Shown here: positions 29,443 through 37,158 of the stretch, piece by piece
Layout of the letters: each line of letters begins with the position of its first letter
Numbering within the stretch: the first letter of the stretch is position 1
DNA from: a virus
Length of the DNA stretch: 64,000 bases
Virus record (IMG/VR): IMGVR_UViG_2974520824_000001
Location: 7,539 to 71,538 of that record
Direction: 5' to 3' (one strand)
Notes under the pieces: generated by a model
The model's database searches: none
The model's input: the letters and a program-made list of their open reading frames with translations, nothing else
What the model was told of the DNA's origin: nothing
Translations under genes and position numbers: made by a program

Positions 29443-29727
29443 GTGGCGAATACTACCTTCAAAGGTGTTGAGATTTACCGGGTTTCGCGCAACAAGGCCA
29501 GTGGTACCAACGGTAACCCACGGTTCACATTGCACACGGATCGCGGCGAAATGCACACCGGCGTAGACGCTTCCCTTGGTTACGGCATCGAAAACCTGAC
29601 CAATAAGCGGCTCCCTGAGACGTTCGTGATCGGAAACCCCGGTGTCACAGTCGATTTGGTCGGTTGTGGCAGCCGACCGGATTCCAACATCATTCACGTC
29701 ATTCGGGACGGTAAACAGCTGATGTAA
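29443..29727 (+). CDS. hypothetical small protein
   Basis: Leader CAAGAGAGGATGGAACAGTG; GTG start; track ORF 29236 would read through U5. Confidence 0.45.
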   Translation: MANTTFKGVEIYRVSRNKASGTNGNPRFTLHTDRGEMHTGVDASLGYGIENLTNKRLPETFVIGNPGVTVDLVGCGSRPDSNIIHVIRDGKQLM

Positions 29728-29735
29728 TCCAAAGA

Positions 29736-29779
29736 GGGCCAACGGTTTTCGTTGGGGTTCGATTCCCCAAGGCCCACCA
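29736..29779 (+). ncRNA. tRNA-like top-half element U6 (3' end ACCA encoded)
   Basis: GGGCC-AACGGTTTTCGT-TGGGGTTCGATTCCCCA-AGGCCC-ACCA. Confidence 0.5.
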
Positions 29780-29822
29780 TGCTCCAATTCGTTTGGTGCA
29801 GTAGTGAACAGAGGATGGAAAC

Positions 29823-30269
29823 ATGGTAAGCAAGATCATTCTGGTGAATGCGTCTACCCAACTCGATCCGATCCGCAAAGGCATTGCGCAGGCACGACAT
29901 TCGTTGCGTGTTTGCGTCGATGGTGATGCGGTCAAGTTCAAAATCGATGGCGGCACTTGGTCGCCCGGTTACGGTGGCATTGATCCAGGATCGGATTACG
30001 CCTACTACCAACGCAATTCGGAAGCTGAGAAGTGCATCGCCATTGTCTTGAATGATGATGGCACGATGGAAGATCAGTGCTACACCTGGGAAACCGCACA
30101 GACTTACGCCCAACAGGGCAAGGTGGTTCGTGCGGTCCAGGCCGATGGTCACATGAGTATTGAAGCGATTCAACGACTCTGCGACGCCGACCGCGAAAGG
30201 TATTGGGACTGTTTCGATCCCGGTGACCAGTACACCGGTCCTACTCCGAGAGAGTTTGACGACGTGTGA
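29823..30269 (+). CDS. hypothetical protein (148 aa)
   Basis: Leader ACAGAGGATGGAAACATG after hairpin CACCA...TGGTG. Confidence 0.5.
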   Translation: MVSKIILVNASTQLDPIRKGIAQARHSLRVCVDGDAVKFKIDGGTWSPGYGGIDPGSDYAYYQRNSEAEKCIAIVLNDDGTMEDQCYTWETAQTYAQQGKVVRAVQADGHMSIEAIQRLCDADRERYWDCFDPGDQYTGPTPREFDDV

Positions 30270-30475
30270 AAACCATTGATCCAAACATGAACGCGGACAA
30301 GCAATATCGCGAAGCGTTCATGTTACGCCATAGAGCAGTAGCCATCGGAGATATCGAAATGTCAAGGTACATAGACGATTTGATATGGATGATGGCCTGC
30401 TCAATCGCCGAAGGGTTGCCGCAACCCTGGTCCCAATTCTATCCAATGTTTCAAGAAGAATTTGGGATCGAATAG
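30266..30475 (+). CDS. hypothetical small protein
   Basis: 69-aa ORF overlapping upstream stop by 4 nt; no leader cassette. Confidence 0.4.
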   Translation: MKTIDPNMNADKQYREAFMLRHRAVAIGDIEMSRYIDDLIWMMACSIAEGLPQPWSQFYPMFQEEFGIE

Positions 30476-30480
30476 TGGTG

Positions 30481-30522
30481 GGCCGGAATGGTTTTCGGAG
30501 GGTTCGATTCCCTCCCCGGCTA
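30481..30522 (+). ncRNA. tRNA-like top-half element U7
   Basis: GGCCGG-AATGGTTTTCG-GAGGGTTCGATTCCCTC-CCGGCT-ACG. Confidence 0.5.
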
Positions 30523-30564
30523 CGTAATCGGTTGAACCACAACCGGATACAGAGAGGATGGAAC

Positions 30565-30966
30565 ATGACCACGACTACCCTTGAGGACCGTGCTGCCGAG
30601 CTTGGCAAGGACTACGGAAAGGCTGTTGGATCATGGGTCGTTGACGGTAACACGTCAAAAGAGCAGTGCGACAAGCTGATTGAGGGTATCGATACGTGCG
30701 ATCCCGAAGTCATGGACTTGATTCCATCGCCTCTGTCCGGCGAATTTGCCGACGGCCCAACGGTTTACAGCGTTCTAAAAGAACTTGGCCTTGATCCGGC
30801 AGTGTTCGATGAACAGTTCGATCACTTGATCGACGTTTACGAAGAAGCATTCAGCGAAAGCTGGTGTGACACAGTCTATCAGGCCGCTCATGCCAATCAT
30901 CCTGACTACGATCCGTGCTCGGTTTGTGGTCTGTATGGGCATAAGTGGAAAGAACACGTCGATTGA
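30565..30966 (+). CDS. hypothetical acidic protein
   Basis: Leader ACAGAGAGGATGGAACATG; ATG 30565 in frame with track ORF 30385. Confidence 0.5.
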   Translation: MTTTTLEDRAAELGKDYGKAVGSWVVDGNTSKEQCDKLIEGIDTCDPEVMDLIPSPLSGEFADGPTVYSVLKELGLDPAVFDEQFDHLIDVYEEAFSESWCDTVYQAAHANHPDYDPCSVCGLYGHKWKEHVD

Positions 30967-31101
30967 ATGTATCGCGAAAACCCGTACCTCCCAACGCCTT
31001 TGAGGTGGTACGAGTACGTGATACACAATGGACGAAAACACCGTGCGCTCAAGAACTTTCGCGGTTTGACCGTGATACTTGAGTGCGTGGAGTAGTGGTT
31101 A

Positions 31102-31143
31102 TCCCCGATGGTCGTAGCCGTGGTTCGACTCCACGGCGGGGAA
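31102..31143 (+). ncRNA. tRNA-like top-half element U8
   Basis: TCCCC-GATGGTCGTA-GCCGTGGTTCGACTCCACGGC-GGGGA-ACG; 7-bp T-stem. Confidence 0.45.
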
Positions 31144-31188
31144 CGAGCGCGCCAATTCCGGTGTGCCACAAAAAGAAAGAGGATGGTA

Positions 31189-31416
31189 ATGGGTATGGCT
31201 ACCGTACAGAACCGCCAATCGGCCTACGTTCGTAGGCTCCGAGTAGGCGACAAGTTCAACGAAGACGGTACTACCTGGATCGTGACCCGAGAGCCGGAAG
31301 TAATCGACGGCGCAGAGGTTGCGGTCTACCTGAAACCCCTTCCGTCACCGCCACGTTCGCGGTCGCGACGATTCTCCTACGCAATGGATGCGCGGGTTCA
31401 CATCGTCCGGTCCTAA
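31189..31416 (+). CDS. hypothetical small protein
   Basis: Leader AAAGAAAGAGGATGGTAATGGGTATG; start ambiguous between ATG 31183, 31189 and 31195. Confidence 0.4.
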   Translation: MGMATVQNRQSAYVRRLRVGDKFNEDGTTWIVTREPEVIDGAEVAVYLKPLPSPPRSRSRRFSYAMDARVHIVRS

Positions 31417-31434
31417 GTGAGTAGACGGGGGATA

Positions 31435-31498
31435 GCCCGGTTGGTACGAATTCGGTTGAAAGACACCGAATTTCGCAAGTTCAATCCTTGCGCGGGCA
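31435..31498 (+). ncRNA. tRNA-like element U9 (acceptor + long internal hairpin + T-arm; atypical)
   Basis: GCCCG...AATTCGGT-TGAAAGAC-ACCGAATT...GCAAGTTCAATCCTTGC-CGGGC-ACT; T-loop TTCAATC. Confidence 0.35.
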
Positions 31499-31565
31499 CT
31501 ATCTCAGATGCTATTCTGAGAACACCAACGAATCTCGTTGGGACACACAAAGAAAGAGGATGGAT

Positions 31566-32753
31566 ATGAGCCAGGAAACGATGGAATGGTTGAACAAGTA
31601 CATTCTGGTTGGGAACTGCAAGGCCCGACCGAATGCTTGGCACAACCGTCCTGAATTCCGCGAGGCAAATGGTTTGGAGGAAAACCACTTTCAAGACCCG
31701 ATTCCGTATCGGGTTGTGGTTGACCGGCTTTTCAACTGGAAAGCAATCAGCGCCCCGAAAGCGAATCTCATCCCGGTTCCGAAACGAGACGCCAATTGGT
31801 TTGACGCAGACGGCAATCCGTTCAAGATTGTCATGTCGTCCGAGTACGACTACAAAAAGCGTGAAATCATCGGTGGCGAACAGGGTATCGTCAAGTCAGA
31901 TACCTTGGAGCACATCGCAACTCACAGTGGCAAGTACAAAATCCACGATTACGAACAGTGGCTTTTGCAGTTGCAGTCCAACGTGATTGGCGATACGCTC
32001 TCGATTCTCGGTGCCGGTCTACTTCGCAACGGTGCGCAAGCCTACGTTCAGGTGGCACTGCCAGAAACCGTGCAGGACAACAACTCTGGTATGGAATTCG
32101 TTCCGTACATCATGGGGTCAACGTCGCTGGACGGTTCGATTCCGAGCACTTACAGCGCGGGATCGCTTCTGGTGGTTTGCGATAACACCAGAGACGGAGC
32201 GATTGCACAGGCGAACCAGTCGGGTCGCATCTACAAGGCCAAGCACACGTCGAAATCCCTTGATACGGATAGCATTAAAGACGTGCAGCAGGCGTTGGGA
32301 ATCGTCCACCAGACCGCCGAGTCCATGAAGCATGAATTTGCTGAACTGGCCGCTATCGACATGAACCGTCGGCAGACGCTGAAAGTGCTTGATATCATTC
32401 AGCCTATCCCGAAGGAAAAAGACGGTGCGACCAAGCGACAGGTTGTAATCGCGGAAAACAAGCGAGAGGGGTTGCTGCACGCAATCTTTCGCGATCCCAC
32501 AGGCGGCGCGGAATGGAAGAACACCGCGCTTGGCCTGAGCAATGGCGTCTCCACGTACTTCACTTGGAACACCAGCGTTAAGGGAAATCGCTTGGAGCGC
32601 AACGCCGAAAAGGCCATCAAGGCTGGCGTTGAGCGTCGGAAAGCGTTGGAGTTGGGCGCGATTGAATCGGGCGCAACATTCAGAGACGTTGACCGGCAAA
32701 CCATGATGGCGATTGCTCACGTCATGAATCGACCGGAGTTGGTCGGCAAGTAG
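31566..32753 (+). CDS. hypothetical protein (395 aa), largest cassette gene; possibly a DUF932-like phage/plasmid protein (unverified)
   Basis: Leader AAAGAAAGAGGATGGATATG after two hairpins; the family resemblance is a recollection only. Confidence 0.5.
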   Translation: MSQETMEWLNKYILVGNCKARPNAWHNRPEFREANGLEENHFQDPIPYRVVVDRLFNWKAISAPKANLIPVPKRDANWFDADGNPFKIVMSSEYDYKKREIIGGEQGIVKSDTLEHIATHSGKYKIHDYEQWLLQLQSNVIGDTLSILGAGLLRNGAQAYVQVALPETVQDNNSGMEFVPYIMGSTSLDGSIPSTYSAGSLLVVCDNTRDGAIAQANQSGRIYKAKHTSKSLDTDSIKDVQQALGIVHQTAESMKHEFAELAAIDMNRRQTLKVLDIIQPIPKEKDGATKRQVVIAENKREGLLHAIFRDPTGGAEWKNTALGLSNGVSTYFTWNTSVKGNRLERNAEKAIKAGVERRKALELGAIESGATFRDVDRQTMMAIAHVMNRPELVGK

Positions 32754-32759
32754 TAAGGA

Positions 32760-32805
32760 GGGTAGCTCTGGTGAGCTTAGTTCAGGTTCGATTCCTGACT
32801 ACCCA
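32760..32805 (+). ncRNA. tRNA-like element U10 (acceptor + small D-like hairpin + T-arm)
   Basis: GGGTAG-CTCTGGTGAGCTTAG-TCAGGTTCGATTCCTGA-CTACCC-ACG. Confidence 0.5.
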
Positions 32806-32847
32806 CGTAAGCCGTTGACAGTCAACGGAATACAGAGAGGATGGAAC

Positions 32848-33168
32848 GTGCGAATCCCCATGAGGACGAAGTATGTCCGCGAGGATCACGCCTTGCTGAA
32901 AAGCAATGTGTACGTTGATGGTTCAAAGATGATCCAAGTCTTTTCGGCCATCGGCGAACCGCTTCTGACGGCAACCGTGTGTCTTGAGGCATACGGTGAA
33001 AAGCCCGATGAGGGAAACGTTTTCATCAAGACGTGGTCCGAAAACGAAGGTGTCTTTGAGGCACTGCACAAGGCGGGGGTGATTGGCAACGCGGTGCGAA
33101 TGATTCCGGTCGGTGGTCATGATGCTCAAGTTGCCGAATGCCCTCTGCTCGCGAAAGGTCGTTTCTAA
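32848..33168 (+). CDS. hypothetical protein
   Basis: Leader ACAGAGAGGATGGAACGTG after perfect hairpin CCGTTGACAGTCAACGG; GTG start (alternative ATG 32860). Confidence 0.45.
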   Translation: MRIPMRTKYVREDHALLKSNVYVDGSKMIQVFSAIGEPLLTATVCLEAYGEKPDEGNVFIKTWSENEGVFEALHKAGVIGNAVRMIPVGGHDAQVAECPLLAKGRF

Positions 33169-33169
33169 C

Positions 33170-33415
33170 ATGGCATTTGAGACACGGATCAGAAATCGGA
33201 ACACGATTGAAAAGGTCAATCCTTCAACCGGTCACGTCATCGCCAAAGCTGTCAGAGCACAGCCGGGAGCGAATTGGCATGTCGGAGCAGAGATTCAGAC
33301 CGATATGGGAAAGAAGATGACCAACGTCGGAGAGATCGCGGCCCATCTTCCCGAAGTGATGCAACGAAAGCTCGCTTTGAGCTGGGTTGATTCACTGCCT
33401 TTCAATCTGTACTGA
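33170..33415 (+). CDS. hypothetical small protein
   Basis: ATG 33170 two nt after upstream TAA, in frame with track ORF 33113. Confidence 0.4.
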   Translation: MAFETRIRNRNTIEKVNPSTGHVIAKAVRAQPGANWHVGAEIQTDMGKKMTNVGEIAAHLPEVMQRKLALSWVDSLPFNLY

Positions 33416-33424
33416 ATCACGGTA

Positions 33425-33466
33425 TGCCGGAACGGTTTTCAGTGGGGTTCGATTCCCCGCCCGGCA
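33425..33466 (+). ncRNA. tRNA-like top-half element U11
   Basis: TGCCGG-AACGGTTTTCAG-TGGGGTTCGATTCCCCG-C-CCGGCA-GCA. Confidence 0.5.
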
Positions 33467-33504
33467 GCAATGCGGCGAATGACCGCAGGAAAGAGGATGG
33501 AAAC

Positions 33505-34044
33505 ATGAAATTCGTTGACCTGAGCCAGAATCCGCCCGCCGAGGTTACGGTTCTGACCTTGCGAGACATCGCGTTCAAAATCAACGGGAACGACGCATCG
33601 ACCTACTCTGGATACGCTCGTGTTTCAGTCCTCCAAAACTGGCACGACGATCCCGAAATCGAAACTCCCGCACCGGATTACACGATCAGTGAAGTTGACT
33701 ACTGGCTTCCCGAGCGTGTCTCCGAGTGGGATATGTTGTATTCCAATGAGATTCAGCGCGAAGAAGACCGAAAGGCCGAACGTCTCAAAAAGGAAAAGAT
33801 CAGCAAGTCCGATCTGATCGAAACCCTGTTGGATCAAGCCAAAGATGTGGAGCGCCGAAACTCTCGGTGCTACAACCACAATCGCGGCAACTCCATGCAG
33901 GACGGTCGGAAACGGGTTCTGGCTCTTGAAGGTGCCAAAGATTTCGTCGAGTCCATGCTTGGCGAATCATCCATGACGAAGGAGCAGCGTACCAAGTGGA
34001 ACGAATTGCTGAGCCAGGCCAAAGCTCACGTGAAAATGCAGTAA
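33505..34044 (+). CDS. hypothetical protein with charged coiled-coil-like C-terminal half
   Basis: Leader GGAAAGAGGATGGAAACATG after hairpin TGCGG..CCGCA. Confidence 0.5.
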   Translation: MKFVDLSQNPPAEVTVLTLRDIAFKINGNDASTYSGYARVSVLQNWHDDPEIETPAPDYTISEVDYWLPERVSEWDMLYSNEIQREEDRKAERLKKEKISKSDLIETLLDQAKDVERRNSRCYNHNRGNSMQDGRKRVLALEGAKDFVESMLGESSMTKEQRTKWNELLSQAKAHVKMQ

Positions 34045-34199
34045 AGGTCAAGCGTGCCAGAGCATTTGGCGTGAACCTGTTTTTCGCAACGTGTGACGAG
34101 TGCCGATGCTGGATCAAATCTGGTGTCGGCCAACACGTTTGGGAACAGAGAACACAGGCGCGTGCAGCGGCACTAGCACATCGGCACTGAATTAAGGTG

Positions 34200-34241
34200 G
34201 CCCACAGTGGTTTTCGCCAGGGTTCGATTCCCTGGGTGGGC
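34200..34241 (+). ncRNA. tRNA-like top-half element U12
   Basis: GCCCAC-AGTGGTTTTCG-CCAGGGTTCGATTCCCTGG-GTGGGC-GCG. Confidence 0.5.
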
Positions 34242-34270
34242 GCGCTGACCAAAGCGGTCACAAAGAGAGG

Positions 34271-34675
34271 ATGGAAATGAAATCGGTACGAGATTGTGCG
34301 ATCACGTTCGTCGTCGTATCCGCAATCATCGCAAGCTTTTTCGCGGTCTATATGCTGTTCGCTCCAAAGGCGAAGGCAGACGGCTACGACTTCGGTTGCG
34401 AGACAATTCATTGGGGGTTCCTCGGATCGCAACGTCGCATCATCTGTGACGGGCCGAAACGTCCCGATGGATCGTGGGAGCGCGGTCGCGTCATTCTGAC
34501 ACCTGCCCACTACGTTCCCAGAAGTTGTTATTTCGGAACGTATTCCAGCAGTTGCAGCGGCGGTTACCAAGTTGATACCACCGTGCAGGCCAGAGAGTCT
34601 TACATCGTTTTTGATTCAAACGTTCTGCCGGATGAGCCGGGATGGCTGCCGCCAGGAACGGACACTCTGCGATGA
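34271..34675 (+). CDS. secreted/membrane protein (N-terminal signal-anchor)
   Basis: Leader CAAAGAGAGGATGGAAATG; hydrophobic N-terminus ITFVVVSAIIASFFAVYMLFAPKA. Confidence 0.5.
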   Translation: MEMKSVRDCAITFVVVSAIIASFFAVYMLFAPKAKADGYDFGCETIHWGFLGSQRRIICDGPKRPDGSWERGRVILTPAHYVPRSCYFGTYSSSCSGGYQVDTTVQARESYIVFDSNVLPDEPGWLPPGTDTLR

Positions 34676-34782
34676 AAGCTCTTGCGGCCCTGTTGATTTC
34701 GACAATCGTTTTGACCGGCTGTGAAGCGCCGCGAGGAACGACCGACGAACACCCGGTTTACGCAACCTGCGTGAATCGCTGA
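34672..34782 (+). CDS. 36-aa lipoprotein precursor (micro-ORF)
   Basis: ATGA overlap with upstream stop; MKALAALLISTIVLTGC has a lipobox-like LTGC; not in ORF track. Confidence 0.4.
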   Translation: MKALAALLISTIVLTGCEAPRGTTDEHPVYATCVNR

Positions 34783-34791
34783 ATCAAGGTG

Positions 34792-34835
34792 TCCCCCAAT
34801 GGTTTTGAAAGGCAGGTTCGATTCCTGCCGGGGGA
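34792..34835 (+). ncRNA. tRNA-like top-half element U13
   Basis: TCCCCC-AATGGTTTTGAAA-GGCAGGTTCGATTCCTGCC-GGGGGA-GCG. Confidence 0.5.
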
Positions 34836-34875
34836 GCGTTACCGGCCATAGCGGTCGGAACAGAGAGAGGATGGA

Positions 34876-35082
34876 ATGTATTCTGTCACAGTTCAATTGA
34901 ACCATGTGAAGGATTCTGACGACCTGTTGCTCCAACTTGTCAGACTACAAATGGCATTCAATCAGGACGTGGACTGGCTCGCGAAGCTCGCTCAACGAAC
35001 GAATCGTGGGTGCGGTCCATTTCCGTTAGCCTACAAGGGCATTCAGCGGATCGGCACGATTGAGGTCATGCGCAATGGCTAG
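34876..35082 (+). CDS. hypothetical small protein
   Basis: Leader ACAGAGAGAGGATGGAATG. Confidence 0.4.
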   Translation: MYSVTVQLNHVKDSDDLLLQLVRLQMAFNQDVDWLAKLAQRTNRGCGPFPLAYKGIQRIGTIEVMRNG

Positions 35083-35362
35083 GCAGCAGGCGGGGAAAGC
35101 GAAATCCATTCAGGCAGAACCGAAACGAGGTCACAAGTCGAGTACCGCAGACTTGCAGGCCAAAACTCTCAGAAAGGCCCATCGTCAGGGTATGGCGTGG
35201 GATGATTACGAGGTAACGGCTCTAGTGAAAGGAATCGAAAGGGACGCAACAACTTTCGATATCGCCATGTCGATTGGTCGTAGCTACTACGCGGTCATGA
35301 CGACTCGCCGCGCTGTCGGTTTCGCCATGCGACACGCCAACGCGATTTGGGGTGACAAGTGA
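35075..35362 (+). CDS. putative small DNA-binding protein (helix-turn-helix-like)
   Basis: ATG 35075 overlapping upstream stop by 8 nt; TFDIAMSIGRSYYAVMTTRR segment looks HTH-like. Confidence 0.4.
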   Translation: MARQQAGKAKSIQAEPKRGHKSSTADLQAKTLRKAHRQGMAWDDYEVTALVKGIERDATTFDIAMSIGRSYYAVMTTRRAVGFAMRHANAIWGDK

Positions 35363-35508
35363 GAAACAAGGTCCGAAAGAAGGTTCGCGCCAAGAACGTT
35401 GAAAAGCACCGCAGGCGTTTGGAAGATCAGAGATTGATTGACTTCCACAAGACGTTGGCCGATGAGATTCGCGCCGAACGTCAACGCCAAACAGAATCCA
35501 ACAGGTAA
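35359..35508 (+). CDS. 49-aa basic Lys/Arg-rich micro-protein
   Basis: GTG in GTGA overlap with upstream stop; not in ORF track; followed by strong terminator. Confidence 0.3.
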   Translation: MRNKVRKKVRAKNVEKHRRRLEDQRLIDFHKTLADEIRAERQRQTESNR

Positions 35509-35520
35509 CCATTTCAAATG

Positions 35521-35583
35521 AAAACCCCGGTGAGGCAATCGATTTCGCGTAGAAGTCGTGCGTCTCTCCGGGGTTTTCGTCGT
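35521..35583 (+). terminator. rho-independent terminator (bidirectional-looking)
   Basis: AAAACCCCGG(TGAG)...(CTCT)CCGGGGTTTTCGTCGTT: GC stem flanked by A-tract and T-tract. Confidence 0.55.
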
Positions 35584-35681
35584 TGGGGGTGGCTGAGGTA
35601 CCGGCCATGCTATGCTCGTCAGCGAGCGTGGCGTACAGCCGGTCGCACGGCCATCTCCGCAGGTCAACGAGAGGGTCGAAA

Positions 35682-35900
35682 GTGCTTGACAGAGTACGGA
35701 TTTGGGACGGCGAGAACGGAAACGTTCATATTGAACTAAAGGATGAAGACGACGTGCCGTTTTCTCACACCGTGATTCCTCCGCATGAGTGGAAAGAGTT
35801 GCGAGACAATATGATTAAAACGTTCCCCGCCAACGTGTCGGTTTCACTGCTCACGGACTACTTAGTTGCGCTAGGTATCCATGCACTTGAAATGCGGTAA
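35682..35900 (+). CDS. hypothetical small protein
   Basis: GTG 35682 after GAGGGTCGAAA; in frame with track ORF 35583. Confidence 0.35.
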   Translation: MLDRVRIWDGENGNVHIELKDEDDVPFSHTVIPPHEWKELRDNMIKTFPANVSVSLLTDYLVALGIHALEMR

Positions 35901-35957
35901 GAGTCAATGCATTTCATTTGGGATAGAAGAAAGGAGACGACACGCCGGTACAGCTAC

Positions 35958-35986
35958 TTGAATATGTAGGCACTGTGACATACTCT
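35958..35986 (+). promoter_or_regulatory. sigma70-like promoter candidate (TTGAAT-17-TACTCT)
   Basis: -35 TTGAAT 35958-35963, 17-nt spacer, -10 TACTCT 35981-35986, upstream of gene 36042. Confidence 0.3.
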
Positions 35987-36041
35987 TAGGTGGTCTGTCG
36001 ATTCCGGCAGGCAACCTCACTGCACCAAGAGAGAGGTAGCT

Positions 36042-36794
36042 ATGGCTGCACGGCCACGGAGAAGTTCTGTCAAGGAACCATCCCAAATCGAAAAGGACGC
36101 AAGCGAATTCGGCGTCGGAGTGCGTTGTGGCGGTTGGCGGCTCGGTTTGCTTGTCGCCCGAAACGTCATGAAGGTTGGTCAAGGTACTCGCTCGGACTTG
36201 CCCACTAGTGGGCAGGTCGATGGGCAAGTAACGAAGGTGTCAGCGAACCAATTTGCCAAGCTAGCAGGGGTCAGCTCATCCACGGTTGATTACTACTACA
36301 ACGCTTGGCAATTCGCTGCGAAGGCCAGCCTCGTTCCAGACGCCGAAAAGGTGAAGCCAGGAGACGAAGACATCTGCGTTGACGCCGATGCCATCGAAGA
36401 CGAGGACAACCCTCGCACTCACTGGTCACACTTTTACGGCCTTGCGAAGAATCCTCCGAAGGAATCCAAAAAGGCTGAGAAGAAACAAGATTCAAAGCCT
36501 GAACCGGAATCTGACGAGGATGAATCAGACGCCATCGATGAAGACTTCGGCATCAGTGAGGCCGATGCGATGACGGAAGATGAACGGGCAGAAGCGGATT
36601 CGTCAATCAATCGAAACGAACTGCTCGAAATCCTAGAGAGCGCACAGGGTTTGAAGTCGCGTCTTTCTCGGATCGATTCAATCACCGGTCACGAATCTCT
36701 TGCAGCGCAGATCGCAACGGCTGCAAGCGAATTGGCCGATTTGGCTAGCGGAATGGCAGCAACGGACGAAAAGCCGCAACTCCGCGCCGTCTAG
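36042..36794 (+). CDS. putative HTH DNA-binding protein with acidic C-terminal half; contains palindrome copy 2
   Basis: GAGAGAGGTAGCTATG RBS; VSANQFAKLAGVSSSTVDYYYNAWQ looks HTH-like; Asp/Glu-rich region 36360-36600. Confidence 0.5.
   Translation: MAARPRRSSVKEPSQIEKDASEFGVGVRCGGWRLGLLVARNVMKVGQGTRSDLPTSGQVDGQVTKVSANQFAKLAGVSSSTVDYYYNAWQFAAKASLVPDAEKVKPGDEDICVDADAIEDEDNPRTHWSHFYGLAKNPPKESKKAEKKQDSKPEPESDEDESDAIDEDFGISEADAMTEDERAEADSSINRNELLEILESAQGLKSRLSRIDSITGHESLAAQIATAASELADLASGMAATDEKPQLRAV
36199..36214. repeat. 16-bp palindrome copy 2 (TGCCCACTAGTGGGCA), in CDS, encodes PTSG
   Basis: Exact palindrome. Confidence 0.8.
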
Positions 36795-36802
36795 GGGGAA
36801 TA

Positions 36803-36834
36803 GGCCAGTCTCGGGGGTCTGGCCGAAACCTTTT
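36803..36834 (+). terminator. possible terminator hairpin directly upstream of tRNA-Gln
   Basis: GGCCAGTC-TCGGGG-GTCTGGCC then GAAACCTTTT. Confidence 0.35.
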
Positions 36835-36905
36835 GCCCTGTAGTGTAATTGGCAACACTTGGGACTTTGGTTCCCACATTTCAGGTTCGAGTCCTGGCAG
36901 GGCAG
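36834..36905 (+). tRNA. tRNA-Gln (anticodon UUG)
   Basis: Full cloverleaf: acceptor TGCCCTG/CAGGGCA, D-arm GTGT-AATTGGCA-ACAC, anticodon arm TGGGA-CTTTGGT-TCCCA (U33, UUG, R37), T-arm TCAGG-TTCGAGT-CCTGG; 72 nt, no encoded CCA. Confidence 0.85.
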
Positions 36906-37062
36906 CGATCCCACGCTTTTGAAGGGAGGATAGGCAGACCCGATGGGCTGAGAACGTCCCTTGGACGTAAAACTTAACTTTTGCGCGAACACCATGTGAG
37001 GCAGTAAACCGCAATCCGGCTCTGCGGTAAGGGAAATGGATCACCCTTGAGAAACCGGCCAA

Positions 37063-37131
37063 GCCCCATGACTGGTCCCAACGCCAGCTTTAGCACCTGG
37101 CAGCGGGAGGGTTCGATTCCCTTGTGGGGCA
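37063..37131 (+). ncRNA. tRNA-like element U14 (7-bp acceptor, D-arm and T-arm present; anticodon region too short)
   Basis: GCCCCAT-GA-CTGG-TCCCAACG-CCAG-19 nt-GAGGGTTCGATTCCCTT-GTGGGGC-A-CG. Confidence 0.5.
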
Positions 37132-37158
37132 CGCTATTTCAGCAGAGAGGATGGATCG

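Noticed and set aside
33996-34190. Track ORF 33996-34190 (64 aa, Cys-rich) between gene 33505-34044 and element U12
   Set aside because: Its first 49 nt overlap gene 33505-34044. Only a weak GTG (34071) without an RBS is available after the upstream stop. A 40-aa peptide remains possible but unsupported.
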